Positions 61,622 through 64,000 of a stretch of DNA of 64,000 nt are shown here, piece by piece (position 1 is the stretch's first letter; every line of letters starts with the position of its first letter). The notes under the pieces were generated by a model. That model was not told the origin of the DNA, did not search any database, and was given only the letters and a program-made list of their open reading frames with translations. The stretch comes from Bacteroidota bacterium (GTDB lineage: Bacteria; Bacteroidota; Bacteroidia; Bacteroidales; GCA-2748055). The stretch lies in assembly GCA_039714915.1 (NCBI GenBank), contig JBDLIM010000007.1, positions 13,437 through 77,436 on the forward strand, given 5' to 3'. A program made the position numbers and the translations under genes.

Positions 61622-64000
61622 ATGAAAAAGACCTACCTATTCTTTCTGCTTGCTTTATTTACGATGTCATGTAATCAAATGAAGGACTCATCAGCCCCTG
61701 ATACCAATGAACTTGCGCTTGAATGGGAATTCACCGGAAATCATTTCCCGGAAGGATACAGCAGTGCAGTGTTTACACTAAAGAATAACAGCAATCAGGT
61801 TCTGGGTGCTACCGGATGGGCCCTCTATTTTAACCAGATGGGTCAGGGTGTAATCGGGGAATCTGTCACCGGCAATGTACAAATAGAGCACGTAAACGGG
61901 GACCTGGTCCGGATTATACCAGGCAGCGAATTCAAGCTTGCACCAGGGGAGCAGGTGGAAATCAGTTACAATAAGCCCGGTCTTGTGCTTAAGGAGAATG
62001 AAGCACCACTGGGACCCTATATGGTTTTTTACGATGAGGCTGGAGATGTGTTGTCCTCACTCGCATTTAAGGATTATACCCTTAAAGCATTTCCATCACT
62101 GGATCGGGTTTTTCCCGAGGAAAGTGCTGTGCCACTACCTGATGCTGAGTGGGTATTTGAGCAAAACAGCCAGCAGTCCCTCTTAGAAGCTGATGAAATT
62201 GGAAAAATTATTCCTTCCCCGGTAGAGCTGGTTGAATATGGGCAAACGCTAACACTGGCTGAGGATTTGGTGATACATTTTGACACTGGTCTGGACCGGG
62301 AGGCTGATTTTCTGGCTGAAAGCCTGGGCCAGGTGATGGACAAAGCTCCCGGACTTAAGGCCGGCAGTGCAGGCGGCTCAAACATCATCAGGCTGGAATT
62401 AAATGAGGATAGGGCAGAACCGGAAGCAGAAGGCTACATGCTGGATGTACATCCTGAACGGGGAGTGAGTATTGCAGGGGGCAATACAGCAGGTGTATTT
62501 TATGGGATTCAGAGTTTTTTAAGCATGCTACCGGTGGAGGTCTGGGCAAAGAAACAGGCTTCGATTCCTGTAGAGGCAATAAGGATTAAGGATAAGCCTG
62601 CCTTCGCTTACAGGGGAATGCACCTGGATATAGCCAGGAATTTTATTGAAGCTGAAGCCATCATGAAGCTGATCCGGGTAATGGGCTTCTATAAGATGAA
62701 TAAACTGCATCTTCATATTACCGATGATGAGGGATGGAGACTGGAAATTCCCTCACTACCCGAATTAACCGAGGTAGGTGCTTATCGTGGGCATACGGTC
62801 TATCACAGGGATCATATGTATCCCGCTTATGGTTCGGGTCCCCTGCCGGAACCAGGCCTGGGTCAGGGAAGCGGATTCCTTTCAAGGGAGACCTTTATCG
62901 GGATACTGAAGTTTGCTGCTGATCATCACATTGAAGTGATCCCGGAAATTAATTTTCCCGGTCATGCCCGTGCTGCCATTTATGCCATGGAAAACAGGTA
63001 TGACCGCCTGATGAAGGAGGGTAAGCAAGCGGAGGCTGAAAAATTCAGGTTGATTGATCCTGAGGATCAGTCCCTTTATAATTCGGCCCAGAATTTTAAT
63101 GACAATGTGGTTTGTGTCTGCACAGAGGCTCCTTACCTGTTTTATGAAACGGTTGTGGATGACATCATGGCCATGTATGAGGAAGCAGGATTGAAGATGA
63201 AAGTGATGCATGCGGGCGGGGATGAAGTACCTGCAGGATCATGGACTGCTTCTCCTGTATGTGAAGCTTTCATGCAGGAGCATCCGGAAATATCAGGAAC
63301 GGATAATTTGCAGGCCTATTGTGAGGGTCGCCTGTATGAGATCCTGGAGGAGAGAAAGCTGGTAATGGCTGGCTGGGAGGAGATTGCCATGAAAAAGAAT
63401 GAAGAAGGAATCTGGGTTCCCAATCCGGAATTCCTTGACAAGAAGATGCTTCCCTATGTGTGGAATAACCTGTGGGGTAACCTGGACCTGGGAAACCGTT
63501 TGGCAAATACAGGTTTTCCTGTGATCCTCTGCAATGCGACCAATTTTTACTTTGATTTGGGATACAACCATCATCCTTCTGAGCCCGGACATTACTGGGG
63601 AGGTCTGGTGAACACACGCAGGGTATTTGAATTTGTTCCTTATGATTTTTTCAAATCCTCAACAAGGGACAGGTACTGGCAGGCCATTGATACGGAAAAG
63701 GCTTTTAAAGGACAGGAAAAGCTGAAGCCTGAAGCCTATGACAATATCATAGGGATACAGGGTCAGCTGTGGAGCGAGTTTATTAAAGGAGGAGAGATGC
63801 TGGAATACTTCTACATGCCAAAAATGATCGCACTGGCGGAAAGGGCATGGTTGGGACAGCAGGAATGGGAATCCATGGACCGTGCATGGAATGAATTTGC
63901 CAATGTGGTGGGTCAAAGGGAAATGCCCCGGCTGGATTACTTGTTTGGAGGATTTAACTACAGGCTTCCACCACCGGGTGCAAAAATAGAGGAAGGCCTT
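61622..64000 (+). CDS. GH20 beta-N-acetylhexosaminidase lipoprotein, 3'-truncated by the window edge (not in the ORF track)
   Basis: The frame is open from ATG 61622 to the end of the window (793 codons). The signal and lipobox read MKKTYLFFLLALFTMSC. GH20 signatures are YRGMHLDIARNF, KMNKLHLHITDDEGWRLEIP, VIPEINFPGHARAA, MHAGGDEV and GQLWSEF. Confidence 0.88.
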   Translation, partial: MKKTYLFFLLALFTMSCNQMKDSSAPDTNELALEWEFTGNHFPEGYSSAVFTLKNNSNQVLGATGWALYFNQMGQGVIGESVTGNVQIEHVNGDLVRIIPGSEFKLAPGEQVEISYNKPGLVLKENEAPLGPYMVFYDEAGDVLSSLAFKDYTLKAFPSLDRVFPEESAVPLPDAEWVFEQNSQQSLLEADEIGKIIPSPVELVEYGQTLTLAEDLVIHFDTGLDREADFLAESLGQVMDKAPGLKAGSAGGSNIIRLELNEDRAEPEAEGYMLDVHPERGVSIAGGNTAGVFYGIQSFLSMLPVEVWAKKQASIPVEAIRIKDKPAFAYRGMHLDIARNFIEAEAIMKLIRVMGFYKMNKLHLHITDDEGWRLEIPSLPELTEVGAYRGHTVYHRDHMYPAYGSGPLPEPGLGQGSGFLSRETFIGILKFAADHHIEVIPEINFPGHARAAIYAMENRYDRLMKEGKQAEAEKFRLIDPEDQSLYNSAQNFNDNVVCVCTEAPYLFYETVVDDIMAMYEEAGLKMKVMHAGGDEVPAGSWTASPVCEAFMQEHPEISGTDNLQAYCEGRLYEILEERKLVMAGWEEIAMKKNEEGIWVPNPEFLDKKMLPYVWNNLWGNLDLGNRLANTGFPVILCNATNFYFDLGYNHHPSEPGHYWGGLVNTRRVFEFVPYDFFKSSTRDRYWQAIDTEKAFKGQEKLKPEAYDNIIGIQGQLWSEFIKGGEMLEYFYMPKMIALAERAWLGQQEWESMDRAWNEFANVVGQREMPRLDYLFGGFNYRLPPPGAKIEEGL

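Overview
This is a gene-dense chromosomal window that looks Bacteroidota-like. Three things point that way: TAnnTTTG-type -7 promoter boxes, an F1 ATPase split into atpAG and atpDC with a short epsilon subunit, and a DUF2723 membrane protein. I call about 50 protein genes. I saw no rRNA, tRNA, CRISPR array, transposase or integrase.

Gene content in order:
- atpA (5' partial) and atpG.
- A large YadA-head-like repeat surface protein.
- carB, then a plus-strand arginine/proline operon (argR, GNAT, argG, proC, argE-like, argH, proB, proA), then carA.
- Envelope and housekeeping genes: a TlpA-like redoxin, polyprenyl synthase, DUF2723, a SUI1-like factor, a large HExxH/propeller/barrel protein, a TonB-like protein, GT9, then atpC and atpD.
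- A GH16-like protein, ggt, and an SLC13 permease coupled to a membrane-anchored reductive-dehalogenase-like Fe-S protein.
- A SpoIIE/PP2C phosphatase, and an AsmA-like protein coupled to an SNF2 helicase.
- arfB, GT2, TauE, an HGSNAT-like acyltransferase, and a GH20 hexosaminidase that runs off the 3' edge and is absent from the ORF track.

The most interesting candidates:
1. An Rrf2-linked atypical heme-copper oxidase. The helix-VI metal-ligand His is Asp, the cross-link Tyr is lost, and the cupredoxin partner lacks CuA ligands. It looks like a NO reductase.
2. A NapC/NirT tetraheme cytochrome fused to an FGE/SUMF1-like domain. It is co-oriented and closely spaced with a Tat-exported Gfo/Idh/MocA dehydrogenase and sits next to a Tat-exported TIM-barrel enzyme.
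3. A tightly coupled PhcB-like methyltransferase, hybrid histidine kinase and single-domain receiver cassette that resembles phc-type quorum sensing.
4. A family of intergenic heptanucleotide (GAAAGTN/AAAGTCW) tandem arrays at three loci.
5. A C8 homopolymer tract inside the surface-repeat gene, which could act as a phase-variation switch.

All functional calls come from reading the translated ORFs for motifs. No database search was run.
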